DNA of 58,446 nt from Phoronis australis. Its lineage: Eukaryota > Animalia > Phoronida. Positions 37,693-49,381 of the stretch are shown here, one piece after another; within the stretch, counting starts at the first letter, position 1; each line of letters starts with the position of its first letter. Position numbers and translations under genes: made by a program. Location: assembly GCA_002633005.1 (NCBI GenBank), contig NMRA01000066.1, forward strand, positions 403,612-462,057. Direction: 5' to 3'. The notes below the pieces were generated by a model. It did no database searches, had not been told where the DNA came from, and saw only the letters and a program-made list of their open reading frames with translations.

Positions 37693-37769
37693 TGCACCCC
37701 CATGCCTGATCGTGTAGTCGCCGGTATGCTCGATTTCAGTGGAGGCATTTTCCCAATGCTTATTGGGTT

Positions 37770-38212
37770 TGGAAATGAAATAAACTCTACTATCCACTTC
37801 AACGATCAGGGCATTTAAGCCTACTGTCTGAGAAATTAAACGGTCCAATTCATTCACTACCTTTAAAGTAAATATTAAAAAGTGGCTGTAATTTACCTAA
37901 CCTTTTATACCCTGCCTGTCTTAATCATGTCATTTTTTCTTTGTCGTAAATACTCTCACTGTCTAGAGTCATCTCTTAATTTATTTCATCTGTCTTAGTT
38001 AAATTTTTATCATTATTCGTCATTTAGTTAATGTCTTAATTCTCAACCTGTTTTAATTGTATCTTTGTTACGTATATTCCATTGTTGCTTTATTACTTCA
38101 TTGTATTATATTATTGTTTTTCTTGTTGAGGGCCCTCTTGGAAAGCAGTGCTATCACTGAAGAGGCCACCCTCATTTTAAATATCACAATAATAAATAAA
38201 ATAAATAAATAA
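37770..38212 (+). mobile_element. 3' fragment of a CR1-like LINE (ORF2 C-terminus, T-rich UTR, stem-loop, (AATAA)n tail)
   Basis: EIKRSNSFTTFKVNIKKWL resembles the CR1-type ORF2 end. Terminal hairpin gagggccctcttggaaagcagtgctatcactgaagaggccaccctc followed by aataa repeats. Confidence 0.7.
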
Positions 38213-38723
38213 CACAATGCACGTTGAAATACTTTAACGATTTTGCCTCGAAATCTGCCGACGCCCGCATTTGTCTTGCACAGAAAAAATCTTAACGCAT
38301 GTTCTCATCACGTCAGTGACCACACACTTCCAACCGATTAGTCGGTGGCACTACTTTGATTGACACCTGGCAACTTGTTAATGGACTAGCAGTCAATGTC
38401 GGTAATTAGCTAACTTCTCATAAAATCTCATCAGCAAGTCGGATTTTGTCGTTTTATGGATGTCCTCAAACCTTGAATATCTTTCAGAAATATCGACTCT
38501 AAAATCGATTGCGTTTCTTTATCTCGTCAACACGTGTTATACACAGCATGACATTGCAAGGCAGTGAAAAAAAGCGAGATAACCAACGGTCGACTGTCTG
38601 TATATTAGTGGTCAGATCTCCAATCAACCATTGACAACTATAGTCTATGAATCAACCCATCATTGTTGTACGATTGTGCGGCATCTTCTCATCCGGTAAG
38701 ACATAACAATTCATGTGTATCCT

Positions 38724-39435
38724 CAGTGGCGGATCTAGGATAACACAAGGGGGGCCCAACATTTTGTCTGAAAACATTTGCGCAAAGCACGATTAGATGC
38801 GCATAGCACCGAATGGGGGAAGATCGGGAGGGGGCAAATCCGCTCCTATCCAGGAAAAATTTTCTGTTTTTTTCCTCTAAAAATCAAACATTTTCCTTGA
38901 TTCCTGAAGTATTATCCACGAAAAAAAGGCAAAGAAAAAGAAAGAAACACAGAGAACGTGTCAAACATGAAAAACAGCAACTTAAGGTTTGACAAAGAGA
39001 GAATTATGAGTTTCTGAGTGATTCACTAAGGCTTCGATTAAAATTCACATCTTACCAGCAGCTTCTACTCAGATTCCATTTTCGTTTAAAAATGAAGTAA
39101 TTTTCTTCATTGCACAGTGAAGCAGACGACGGAAACGGAGTCGTAGTGCGCAGCGCCACTGCCTGTCACCTGGGATATCGCGGGAGAGCCTATACATGTA
39201 CTTGGCCATAGTTTCGTTACGATTGAGCCGTGTTCCGAATTTGACACTTGAAATTAGATCTGAGCCCCCCCCCACCAAACACACTAAAACTGCACACATT
39301 TAAGTCTTGTTTCCGCCGTATAATATTAATTACCGGGGTTAATTAATAAACTCAACATTTCCCTACGCTCTTGCTGCTTTATTTTTTTGCGGCAGCCAAG
39401 GGGGGGGGGGGGCTGCCCCCCTAAATCCGCCTATG
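38724..39435. mobile_element. 712-bp non-autonomous DNA transposon sharing family A type ends
   Basis: CAGTGGCGGATCTAGG ... CCTAAATCCGCCTATG, with a perfect 5-bp TSD ATCCT (38719-38723, 39436-39440). Confidence 0.85.
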
Positions 39436-39501
39436 ATCCTTTTCAGTGAGGCGTAGAAATATGTTGGAAATAGTTTATAACCTTCAACCCGCCATCTTTT
39501 T

Positions 39502-39595
39502 GGTCACATCACGTGACCTAATGAATATAAGTCCGAAAAGATTTCTGCCCCCGACCGGGACACGAACCCAGGACCTTCCGCTAACCGTGCGCGAT
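39502..39595 (-). repeat. Palindrome plus tRNA-like repeat, copy 1
   Basis: ggtcacatcacgtgacct...cccgaccgggacacgaacccaggacctt, homologous to 51997-52113. Confidence 0.65.
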
Positions 39596-39684
39596 GGTGG
39601 GTTGAACGAGTGATAAACTATTTCCAATTTTTATGTAATTGCGAGTAACTGCAAGGCCTGATAGATGTTGTTTAAATTAAAGTC

Positions 39685-39699
39685 CACTCTATATTTCAG
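39685..39699 (+). promoter_or_regulatory. Putative 3' splice acceptor of a 5'-UTR intron of GPCR paralog 2
   Basis: ctctatatttcAG (AG at 39698-39699). Similarity between the paralogs stops just upstream of it. Confidence 0.6.
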
Positions 39700-39727
39700 A
39701 AATCTCAAGGAGGACACGTCTTTATCC

Positions 39728-40813
39728 ATGAAAAACCTCTCTGTTGTCGACTTCACGATACAAAATACGACGAATGGGACGCAGACGTCTACATTCCAAT
39801 ACCACGTGATATTCACGTGCGCTATCACTGTGATAACAAGTCTCATTGTCGTGACGAACATTTTGAACATCGTTGTTATATCCCGTACTGCGCAGCTGAA
39901 AAACTGTGCCGGATATCTGCTCATCCAGTTGTCTTTTGTGGACTTCCTCTCCGGAATATTCATGGGAATAGTGGCCATTCCTTCTTCCCTGCACGAGCGA
40001 TGGATCTTTCCTCACTGGATGTGCACGTTGTGTGGATATTTCGGATCCATTACCTTTACCCTTTCCGTGAACACAATTGCATTGGTAAGCCTCGACAGAT
40101 GTCTCTTCATATCGCAACCTTTGCGTTATAAGATACTTGTGACCAAATGGAGAACTCGGGCTTCCATAGCTACAGTTTGGATACTTAACATAATCTGGTA
40201 CTCCATACCGTTTTTTGTGTCTTCGTGGGACAAAAACATGACCTATCATTACTGGGAGGGCGCCTACTTATGCAGCGTCGCGTTTGAGAACAATTTTGTG
40301 TTTTTCATGTCGTCTCTTGGCGTTATGTTCGTTCCGTCAACACTGGTTATTTTTACATGTCACGTCATCATGTACTTCATATCGAAACAGGTCCTTCAGA
40401 AGGACGTTGTGATGAAAACTTGTCGTCTCCAAAGCCTGAAATACTCTGTTTGCAGGCAGGGGAACGCGCGAAATGCCGCGAGTCAACGAAAAAACATTAT
40501 TCATAACAGCACAGCCTTCAAAACCATTGCAACAATTCTCGCAGCTTTTATTATCGCATGGCTCCCAAAACTGTGTTATTCACTGGCCGTTACTATTGAA
40601 CGTCGATATAACCTTCAGCTTCACATTCCGACCGTACTTGCTGGCGTTGCGTGGTGGATAGCTGTTTCAAACAGCTTCATAAATTTTTTCATTTATGCAT
40701 ATAGGAACAAAGCGTTTAGAAGAAATGCTCAAGCTATGCTAAAAAGTTGCGTCTGGAAGAAAGCGGAAAACTATTCTTCGCCAACCTGTTCCTCGAATAC
40801 GACCCGTTTGTGA
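39728..40813 (+). CDS. Class A orphan GPCR, GPR21/GPR52-like, paralog 2 (361 aa from the aligned ATG)
   Basis: Colinear with paralog 1 and carries the same motifs (SLDRC, FIIAWLP, SNSFINFFIY). ATG 39728 (MKNLSVVDFT) aligns with MDNFTVSDFT of paralog 1. The upstream ATG at 39665 lies before the conserved acceptor. Confidence 0.95.
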   Translation: MKNLSVVDFTIQNTTNGTQTSTFQYHVIFTCAITVITSLIVVTNILNIVVISRTAQLKNCAGYLLIQLSFVDFLSGIFMGIVAIPSSLHERWIFPHWMCTLCGYFGSITFTLSVNTIALVSLDRCLFISQPLRYKILVTKWRTRASIATVWILNIIWYSIPFFVSSWDKNMTYHYWEGAYLCSVAFENNFVFFMSSLGVMFVPSTLVIFTCHVIMYFISKQVLQKDVVMKTCRLQSLKYSVCRQGNARNAASQRKNIIHNSTAFKTIATILAAFIIAWLPKLCYSLAVTIERRYNLQLHIPTVLAGVAWWIAVSNSFINFFIYAYRNKAFRRNAQAMLKSCVWKKAENYSSPTCSSNTTRL

Positions 40814-41446
40814 GAACAGACGTACCTCTCGCAGACGTAAGTCTACGCCACGTATTACAACCTGCGCGAGATTCTTGCATCCACGAAACTTAAACCAGGC
40901 ATACGTATTTTCGTTTTCTATAGTTTTGCGTAGGCCTGTACTCTCAATGGGAGCAACGGACTGTCAGAGCGCACCCATTAATCCAAACACATAACTTTTG
41001 TAAAGAATTCAAACACTCCGTGGTTACCTAAACCGAAAAAAACCAAGACTAGTAACTTTGTTTGGAAATGTGATGTGACTACATTTCTATTCCTGTTTGT
41101 GGGTTTGATGAAAGTGACTGACAGCTTAAGACAGAAATTTGGTCTTACGTTCCTACCTCACAATCGCTGAGAAAAAATTATCCGAGTAATTATGAGCGCA
41201 TCACGGTCTAGAAATAGTTAAAAGAAATTTTCTCAATAACTAGCAGTTGTGCGCATTTTCTCAGTGAGATGTAATTATTTTTTAGAAAGAGTTGCGGGAT
41301 GCTTAATACCAAATTTCTCACTTTAGCCCAAGCCACTTTTTTACGGAAAAGAACCGTGAGCAGTGACCGTGATTGTCAGCGTCGTTTATCATCTGAATTT
41401 AGGTCAAATTACGCCAGTTAATGTTGCAGTAAATGCATGCCTCCCG

Positions 41447-41582
41447 ATCAGTAACGCTAGGACCTCGCTAAAAAGCAAGACTTAGTGATATTACGTGAAA
41501 TATTGCCGTGCATTTTATTTAGATCACGGGACTTTGGCTGGATTCTAGCTGGGTCCTAGCGTAGGTCGTAGCGTTACTGAAC
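41447..41582. mobile_element. Small MITE with GTTCAGTAACGCTA-type ends, copy 2
   Basis: tcagtaacgctaggacc ... tagcgttactga inverted ends. Homologous to 10961-11097. Confidence 0.6.
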
Positions 41583-44247
41583 GCACACATCATTTTTCCG
41601 GCGTTTATTTCGCCCAAGGCCCTGAGAAAGACTGCCCGTGTACGGGCACCCTTAATGGGGATACGCAATTAGTCGGATAGAAATCATGCGGAGATAAATC
41701 TGCTGGGTCCACTTAGTTAAGACATTGCGTAACGTTGTCGACAAGTTCTGTATGGCATGAGGGATCCTGGGTTTTAAACTTTCAATTTGACAATTTTTAC
41801 TCAAAACCTTGGTGTCTAAAGATTTAGCAGCTTAAAACATGGTCGAGGTCAACCCACGGTTGCCCAAGTTATGACCGTGTAGCGGCTTTGTAAAGTTTGT
41901 CACCTTTCCTGCCTTATTCCGCTGCAAGGAACATTTAACTGAGGCACTCAGTGAGCCGTGAATCGCATAACAGGTCACGCAGTTAAGCAAACGAATGTCT
42001 ACAACTACCCTCAATTAACTATTTCCACGAAATGAGGCCAAAATTTTAACCAGACGAAATGCCATCGTTGATTGGCAACTAGTCCAGAACTACACCAGAC
42101 TCAATGCCTGGGTTCGAGACTAGATTAACTACAGTGTCTAATTAGGGGCCCTGTGCTGGCGCAGTGGCTATTTTTCCAAAATTCTTGGAATCGGCCTTGA
42201 TGTGATCAGGGAAGTTAAGTTTTACCTACGATAATTACAAAAAGTTCGTGTAGATCGAGAAAATTTGTTTTCGAAAATTGCGGTAATGTGAAAGGTTTGG
42301 GTTATATTTTTGTAGACCAACACTTACGTTAAGTCAGATACAGTTGCACTTTTGTGGTGTAGAACACAAAAATGGAAGTAAATAAAAGGAGTTATTGGAT
42401 ATTTGTGGTTGCAAAATACCCGGATGTATGCGTCAGTACTTGACTTGTGTGACAAACCTGTGTTTCCGGAGTCGAACTTTCACATGAATTGTTCAGAAAC
42501 AGAAACAACAGTGACTGGATGCAGTCCGTTAACACAGATGATGGACGACATATTCGCTACTCCGATATCCTCATAAAGTGGAGGCGCCACTTAACCCTCC
42601 ATGGTCGACCGTGTACAGGGAAAGACAAGAACGTTTCCATGGCTGTGTGTCAATCTCAGCTTCCGGTGTTTGTATTTGGACAGGAAATTTGATGCTCTCG
42701 TACAGCCTAGCAGCACATAAGAAAATAGGACGGCATTGAAAGAAACTAAATGTCTTCTCTAAGTATATATGGTGTCATGAATAATTTTGGTAATGGCTAA
42801 ATAAGAGGTAATTGGGAGATTTCACCCGTACAGCGTTGCTGACGTTTTTCAAATGCATTGGGACGGCTGTCGGTTCGTAGACATAGCAGATGACTTGGTG
42901 ACATGCAAACAATACTGTTTGTTTGGAAAGAACAACAAGCGAATGGAAAGCGGTCTGCAATGTAAGCTACTCCCTTGTAAAAACCATGTAATCACTGACA
43001 CATTTTGGGTACTTTCGACTATTTTAATTTGCCTTAGCTATTTGTTAAATGTAATAAGAATTTGCGTTTGCCAGTGACAACATGGCGGCGCATCGGTAGA
43101 AGTTCTCGTGTCTTCTTTCAATCACAAATAACAGTTTCTGATCAGCGCTATAATAACGTGAACAGGCTTTGTTCGAGACAGTTTTGGCAAACAAATCCGT
43201 TAGAGACGATGTCTTAGAACAAGCTGTCATTGGCGTGCGTGGAACACCAACTGAATGGGGTATGATCATAGATACATTTTGAGTACTATTTTAACATGAA
43301 GTAGTTATTCGCGTTATACGTGAAAACAGGCATTGCGTTCGCCCAAATTTTCACAACTGTTAGTTTGCTCGTGGTACGTGTTGTGGCAGTCGTTCCTCAA
43401 GTGAGAGTACTTCAAGTGTCCAGTTCATGTGCCTCTTCCACTCTGGTCTCTTACGGGGGTACTGAGCTTTGTCAAGATGACCTGGAGGAACCGTCCGACC
43501 AAATGACCACGTCAGGGAAGGAGGGTGGGGGAGAGGCGCTGAGTGGTCTAGAATGTGTGCTGGTGAATGACGAGGTCAGCAACTATCTTTCTATCGTTGG
43601 CTGTATGCAGGATGTCTTTAAGCATTGGTGTCTTCCTTTTGCTTGTTGTTCTTCTAATATTAATGAACGCGATATATTGTTTCTTTGTCTTTGCTTTTTT
43701 CTTGATTTTTCCTGCCATTACCCTTGAAAAAAGCTTATATCTCGTTGTGTCAGTTCGTCTATCTCCCAGCTGCTAAAACGGCGCTGCACCGTCAGAAATA
43801 TGGTCTACAGCACGTGTCATTTGTAAGTTCCCAGATAAAAGGGTTGCTGGGTATAGGCAGCACATCCGAGAACGATTTAATAAAAAATTGCTTCTACGTT
43901 CAATCAGCAATTTAAAGTGCTGTGATTTTGGTTCTGTCTGTATTGCTCAAATTTCCTGAAGTACATTCTAAGTTACTGTATTATGACAAAGGGCTGTTAG
44001 TAGCATTTCGTTTTTACTGATGTCACTTCTAATTTACTTTGCTAGGCGTAACACGTAGCTAACATGAATCCAGTTCCTCCATTATTTTTTAAAATGACAT
44101 TTTTATCGCTTATGGAGGTGTGACAAGTGACAAAACAAGCTTTGGGTAGATCAAACAATTTGCATCCTGTAGATATGGTTGTCAGGTAATAATGTGGACG
44201 TTACCAGGTCACAGCATCAGTTAGCAACTAACACAAGGTACCTAAAC

Positions 44248-44420
44248 TACACGGTCAACGGACTCATAAACACGGGGCACGGACGCATGAACACTACTCA
44301 CGGACCTGCAAAAACCGTCCACTGACTCACAAACACGGGAACGGACTCACAAAACACGATCCACGCACCCAAATACACGGGATACGGACTCATATTCCCG
44401 AGGAAACACGGNTCAGCACG
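44248..44420 (+). repeat. Degenerate minisatellite (~20-bp unit, core aacacgg..acggactca)
   Basis: Recurrent acacgg and acggactca words at roughly 20-bp spacing. Confidence 0.65.
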
Positions 44421-45607
44421 CGTTAACCATATGAACGGTTTCCAAAGTCCTGTAACTTTCAGTGATGGGGCAACACAGGGAATCGTTTGAAAACATACAT
44501 CTGCCGTCGTTTCCTGGGTAGAAACATTTTGGCCAAGCTTCATAAAATTTCAAAACAGAAATTTAGTTTTATACACTGCCAGCAGCTAAAACAGCAGTAG
44601 CTGAATTATCAGAAAATTGACGTTGACCGATTTCATCAGCAAAGAAACATATTTTCAAAAATTAATGAAGCCCCTTTATGAAGTTTACGAGATACAGCTG
44701 CACACTACCTGTAGCCAAGGACTGTGAAATACGCGATGGGCTGTTCCTTCTATCGGCTGTTGCTTGAAAAACGAACAAAAAGCCCAATATTTTATTTTTT
44801 ATTTCTTAGTCAAACAGCAAACTGAAGTGAAAAATATTATTTGAAATCACTAAGACCCCCAAACTGGCCTCCAGAGCACCTAAAAATGGCTAAAACTCAT
44901 CTAAACAAAATTGGGGGAAAATTTACCTAACTTTGTTACGCTTATAAAGGTTAAAGGAAACTCCTTTAAAAATGCAATGACTGTCTTCTGATAGCCAGGA
45001 TCAATGTCTACATAAACACCATAAAGATTTTTTTCTTTCCCGTTCTTTTAAGTAGTTTTAAAACTGCTTCACTAATCGAACCTTTTTGAACGAAACATGG
45101 GCTATTTTGGGCCAAAATATTTATGATGCTGTAACTTTTAACTTACGTTATATCTTAAAAGATATTATCACCTAAGAACTTTAACATAAACGTTTTGTAC
45201 ATATCTCACCAGGATGTGTGAACATCGATCACAATTTTTTCAAGATCGGAATTGGTGACCCTAGAGTCGACCTTTTGGTGCTCTCATGGAATGACAGTTT
45301 ACGTGCTAAATTGTCCAAGTGGATACCCGAGTCGGAAAAAAATCAAGAACCTTCAATTTTTTGAAAATATGAAGGACGTGACTGCATTTTTGTGGTTCGT
45401 GTCATGTTAATAGCGACAGATACTTCATCATTAAACATCCGGATTGCATTGATTAGTCGTTAATAATTGAACGCAAAACATTCAAGGTTCTATTGTTGGT
45501 AATTGTGGTTTTACCACATTAAAATGCTGCTTTTCTAAGTATTAAAGCTTTACATTGATCTTGTGTAGCACCAGGTTTGGATTATGCTTCTGTTGTGTTG
45601 TGGCACA

Positions 45608-45669
45608 CAGGGGCGGATCCAGGATTTTGAGTTGGGGGGGGCAGGGCAGAGTATTAGCCAGGATTTTGC
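45608..45669 (+). mobile_element. MITE family A, copy 6 (left half only)
   Basis: CAGGGGCGGATCCAGGATTTTGAGTT...GTATTAGCCAGGATTTTGC, then truncated. Confidence 0.85.
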
Positions 45670-46670
45670 TAGCGCTTTTATTTTGGGTAAATAGATTTCC
45701 ACCTACCCATACTGTTGGTGATATGGGACGGGATTCTACTGGTGGAAATCAATTATGATACGAATTTGGAACAAGCTTGTCACTTGAAATGAATATAGAA
45801 TAACCACTATAAAGATATGTCCATGGGATTACTGTGAAGTGTTGGACACACAAAGACAAACACGTCAACCGGTAATGTCCTATGTAAAACTTCCTGTGCC
45901 CGGTTGCATGAAACGGTGCCATATAGACTCAACCAAGTTCCCTAAATCCTTTGCGTATTTGTGTCGTTCTTTACTCACAGATCTACTCTTTTCTATCATT
46001 TTATGTATATGGTTTCCTCTTTGGTTCGAGCCATTTTCTAGCAATATAACTGAAAACATTAGCCCGATAGTTCAATGAAAATAAACAGGAACTTAGTCCT
46101 TAAAGCAGGAACACTGCGTGAAAAGATCCTACAAATTTCAATAATATCGACAATTCAACGTAGAGTTCATTCTCGATTTGAATCAAATTTCATTGAAAAC
46201 ACGACTTTGAAATACGAAAAAGATTACTGCCAAATTATAGTGATTTGAATCAAAGTAAAACATTGATTTAGTAATGAAACTAAAACAGTATAAGGAAGGA
46301 CAACCAGTGTTTTCACAAGTCAACAAATACTTAGTAGATTTAGGAAACTTGATCAAGTCTCTATTTGGGTCAGTTTCATGCACAGGGACACTGGTACATC
46401 CACCCTTGGGCACACTTTTGTGAACAAGTGATGCAAGTATGATTAGCTGATAAGCAAACTGAGATTAACTCCTCGGTTGCGAAGCCTACCCCCGATATGT
46501 CGGAGATAAAAAGTTCTTGCCTTCACTCAAGTTGTCATCACCGATATTGTGCCATTGGCGATCTTCCCCCACTAACCGCAGACCAGGAATAACTTTTTAA
46601 TGGGTAGATGCTTGAACCATTATGGTGGTAATGGATAGCTCCTGCAAACGCAGCTATATACGTCACGCTC

Positions 46671-46822
46671 CAGGGACGGATCCAGGATAATGAGTTAGGG
46701 AGGGGGTCAGGACAGAGTATTAGCCAGGATTTTGCCCGTCAGACATTCGCACCGCCGAACTGCCAAATGGAATCTGGGAGAATTTTAGGGAGGGCCATGG
46801 CCCCCTTCTAAATCAGCCACTG
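46671..46822 (+). mobile_element. MITE family A, copy 7
   Basis: CAGGGACGGATCCAGG...CTAAATCAGCCACTG. Flanks CGCTC/CGTTA are a possible decayed TSD. Confidence 0.88.
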
Positions 46823-47671
46823 CGTTAACCATAGTTGTCGTTGCCAAGACCCACAAGAGCAAAGCCAATACGGCCCCTGTGACGACGAGACGGGGGTCCT
46901 GTTTTGCGCTAGGCCCTAAGTTACAGCTTTTTAGCTTAAAGGATTAAACCGGTCCCGACAACTTTTCAATAGCCCTGGCAGAGACGGATGGTACCACTCT
47001 TCCGTGCGGACCCCAAGCTGTAGCTTGTTCAGCTAATGAATGATCCGACACTGGTGACAGCATTGCACTCCAGTGGTAGAGCACCACGTTTGTGTACGCA
47101 GATAGAGTTCCATAGAAGCAAGAATCTCGCTCAGGAAGCTAGTGTGGTCACGTGCTTCATTTGCAATACATGGCGATATCTCGCGAAGTCCTGAATATTT
47201 TTGCCTTTTTGCGAAATTCTCCGCTCTTCTACGGAACTCTCACCTGTCTACTTCGACTACAGGCAAAAGTGTGACTAATATCTTTCAAATCAGTACACTG
47301 TTTGAGTCTCCGCATACAGTACATACACGTTGTTTTCAAACCCTAAACAACTTGGTTGCGTTTTTAGGTAACTGGTGAAGTTTTCATTTAAAAAAAGATT
47401 TCATTAAAATCGACTGAGGGGTTATTTTGCTATGAATGTACCTTTCTTAAACTGAAATTTTGACTTAAAAATTCGTTAACGTAATAATAATAATGGTACA
47501 TAAATATAAAACATATTTTTTATGTTACCTTATCTTTTTTCTTTCAGAAAATATATACTTTTACTAGTTGACAAAGCCTAGTTTTTTGATATAAGAGTTA
47601 GAATGGAGGCCACTATATATGGTTTGAGATAACCTTAAAGGAGAATGCCACCCGATTTAATTAGTCTTCTT

Positions 47672-47926
47672 CATGCGCGCACCCAGCCTTCAATATGGGG
47701 GGGGGCTCGAATTCCTGACGGTGTGCACCTTCTGGTAACAAAAGAGCGGGCGGACTAANTGCACCTTCTGCTAACAAAAGAGCGGGCGGACTAAAAAAAA
47801 AAAACGAGAGCACTACTGTGAAGTGCGCGTTTGTGCTTATTTAGTGGACTTTTGTCCCATTTTCTCGGACTTTTTGTCTCTCAGAGGCGGACCTTTTTGC
47901 CCACTTCGCCAAATGGTGCGCGCATG
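47672..47926. mobile_element. 255-bp MITE nested in Kolobok copy 3
   Basis: Perfect 12-bp TIR CATGCGCGCACC / GGTGCGCGCATG. Flanks TTCTT/TTTTT. Absent from copies 1 and 2. A related sequence is inverted at ~53855-53935. Confidence 0.85.
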
Positions 47927-49056
47927 TTTTTTACCATTTTAATCGGTCTATATCCACATCGCCTCGCATACGGTCGACCTTACCTTGCCGAGAGGTGTCG
48001 CGTTAACTTGCGAGGAAGGTGAGAAACGAAGCAGCGACGTCAGTGGTTCAGTTACAGAGTGAATGCCGCTATGTTGCGGTGCATCGGTTCCCGCTTGTCC
48101 GAACTATGCAGCTGCGAGGAAAGCGGGCATATCGTTTTTTCGACTTCCTTGAGAGTCCGAAATGCTTAGGAAGTGGCTCGCGGTAGTGAAGAATGAAAAG
48201 TACGCTGTAAATAGCAAGAATGAAGCTGTGAAACATCTCCGTATCTGTGACCTGCAGCAGTCGACAGTGAGACTGACGAATGCCGGCTTACCAAATAACT
48301 ATCCATATGTTCCGTTGCCTGAGGTTGTTCACGGCGCCTCTCTAGTATTTCTTCATCACTGTATTGCGGTTCGAAGTGATAGCCTGTGAAACTTCACGAT
48401 CCACCTGAGAAGTCTTCGTCAGATGAGCTCTCGTCTATTGCGATTTGCCATGTTGACGTTTATTACTGAGCGTTCTGTTTCAAAATGAATAATTCTCACC
48501 CTAACCAATACTTATATAAAACTGAAACAAAGTCTGTGTCATTCGATGCAATTTGTAATGCCTTTGGGGTGTTCGTGAGTGCAAAGGATTTGAGAAGCCA
48601 GCAATGATTAGCCGGGTGCAAAAAAACTAATTGACCGGACACCGAGGCCGTGTGAGCACATGCTAATTCAGTGTTGGCTGACAGAAACTGTTGTGAAACA
48701 ATAACTCGATTTTCTATCCCACAGCCAGGTGTTAGGGGAATCTTTATTTGCATATACATTATTCAAATAATGATTGTCAATGTACAACTTCTGCCTTCAC
48801 GACGGTTCTGTGGCCGGTAAACCTAACTTCGCGGCCCCGACGAATAAGTAGATTTGCAGTTTCGTGGCTAATTCACCAACATAATCACGTGCACATCATT
48901 TCTTTGGCTCACTAGTATAGTATGTTCTTGACTAGAAGTTTAGTTTCCAACTTTGACTGGTTTTTGTTCGTGATGTCTTCAGTCCGGCCGCGAGTTCCGA
49001 GCCACTGGCCGGGGTAACAAGCGTTTTGTGTGTTTAGAACTCAAAAATCACGAGTC

Positions 49057-49381
49057 AGTTTCTGGCTCCTGTTTGCTGATTGGTTAAAACAAACATATCA
49101 TGTGGACAAGATAGCAGTGCTTTTTTGGGAAACATTCAGTCGGAAAATTGTAATATTAATTTGCTGATCATGCTAGCAAAAAATTACATATTTAGTCAAA
49201 AGTTTGTTAAAAAATATCTTAATATCGAATTGTTCATTAACTTTATTAAATTACGTCCTGAAGGAAATACGGTACTTGTTGAGTAATGATTTAATGTTAT
49301 TTAAACGATGTATAGTATATTGTTTTATATGACTTGTAATTGTCATGCTAGAGCAAAATAAAATTATGATGAAAAAAAAAA
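49057..49381 (+). mobile_element. 5'-truncated L1/Tx1-clade LINE 3' end nested in Kolobok copy 3
   Basis: NINLLIMLAKNYIF is the typical L1/Tx1 ORF2 C-terminal motif. Ends in aataaa...poly(A). Absent from copies 1 and 2. Confidence 0.8.

Noticed and set aside
39665-39727. 21-aa N-terminal extension of GPCR 2 given by the ORF track
   Set aside because: It spans the conserved acceptor AG, has no counterpart in paralog 1, and the aligned start is 39728.
39722-40249. 175-aa antisense ORF and other alternate-frame ORFs over the GPCRs
   Set aside because: Shadows of the GPCR reading frame with no recognisable motifs. The antisense ORF is not open at comparable length in paralog 1.
29323-44420. CRISPR-like array in the tandem repeats or regularly recurring MITEs
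   Set aside because: No constant repeat with unique equal-length spacers, no cas genes, and a eukaryotic context.
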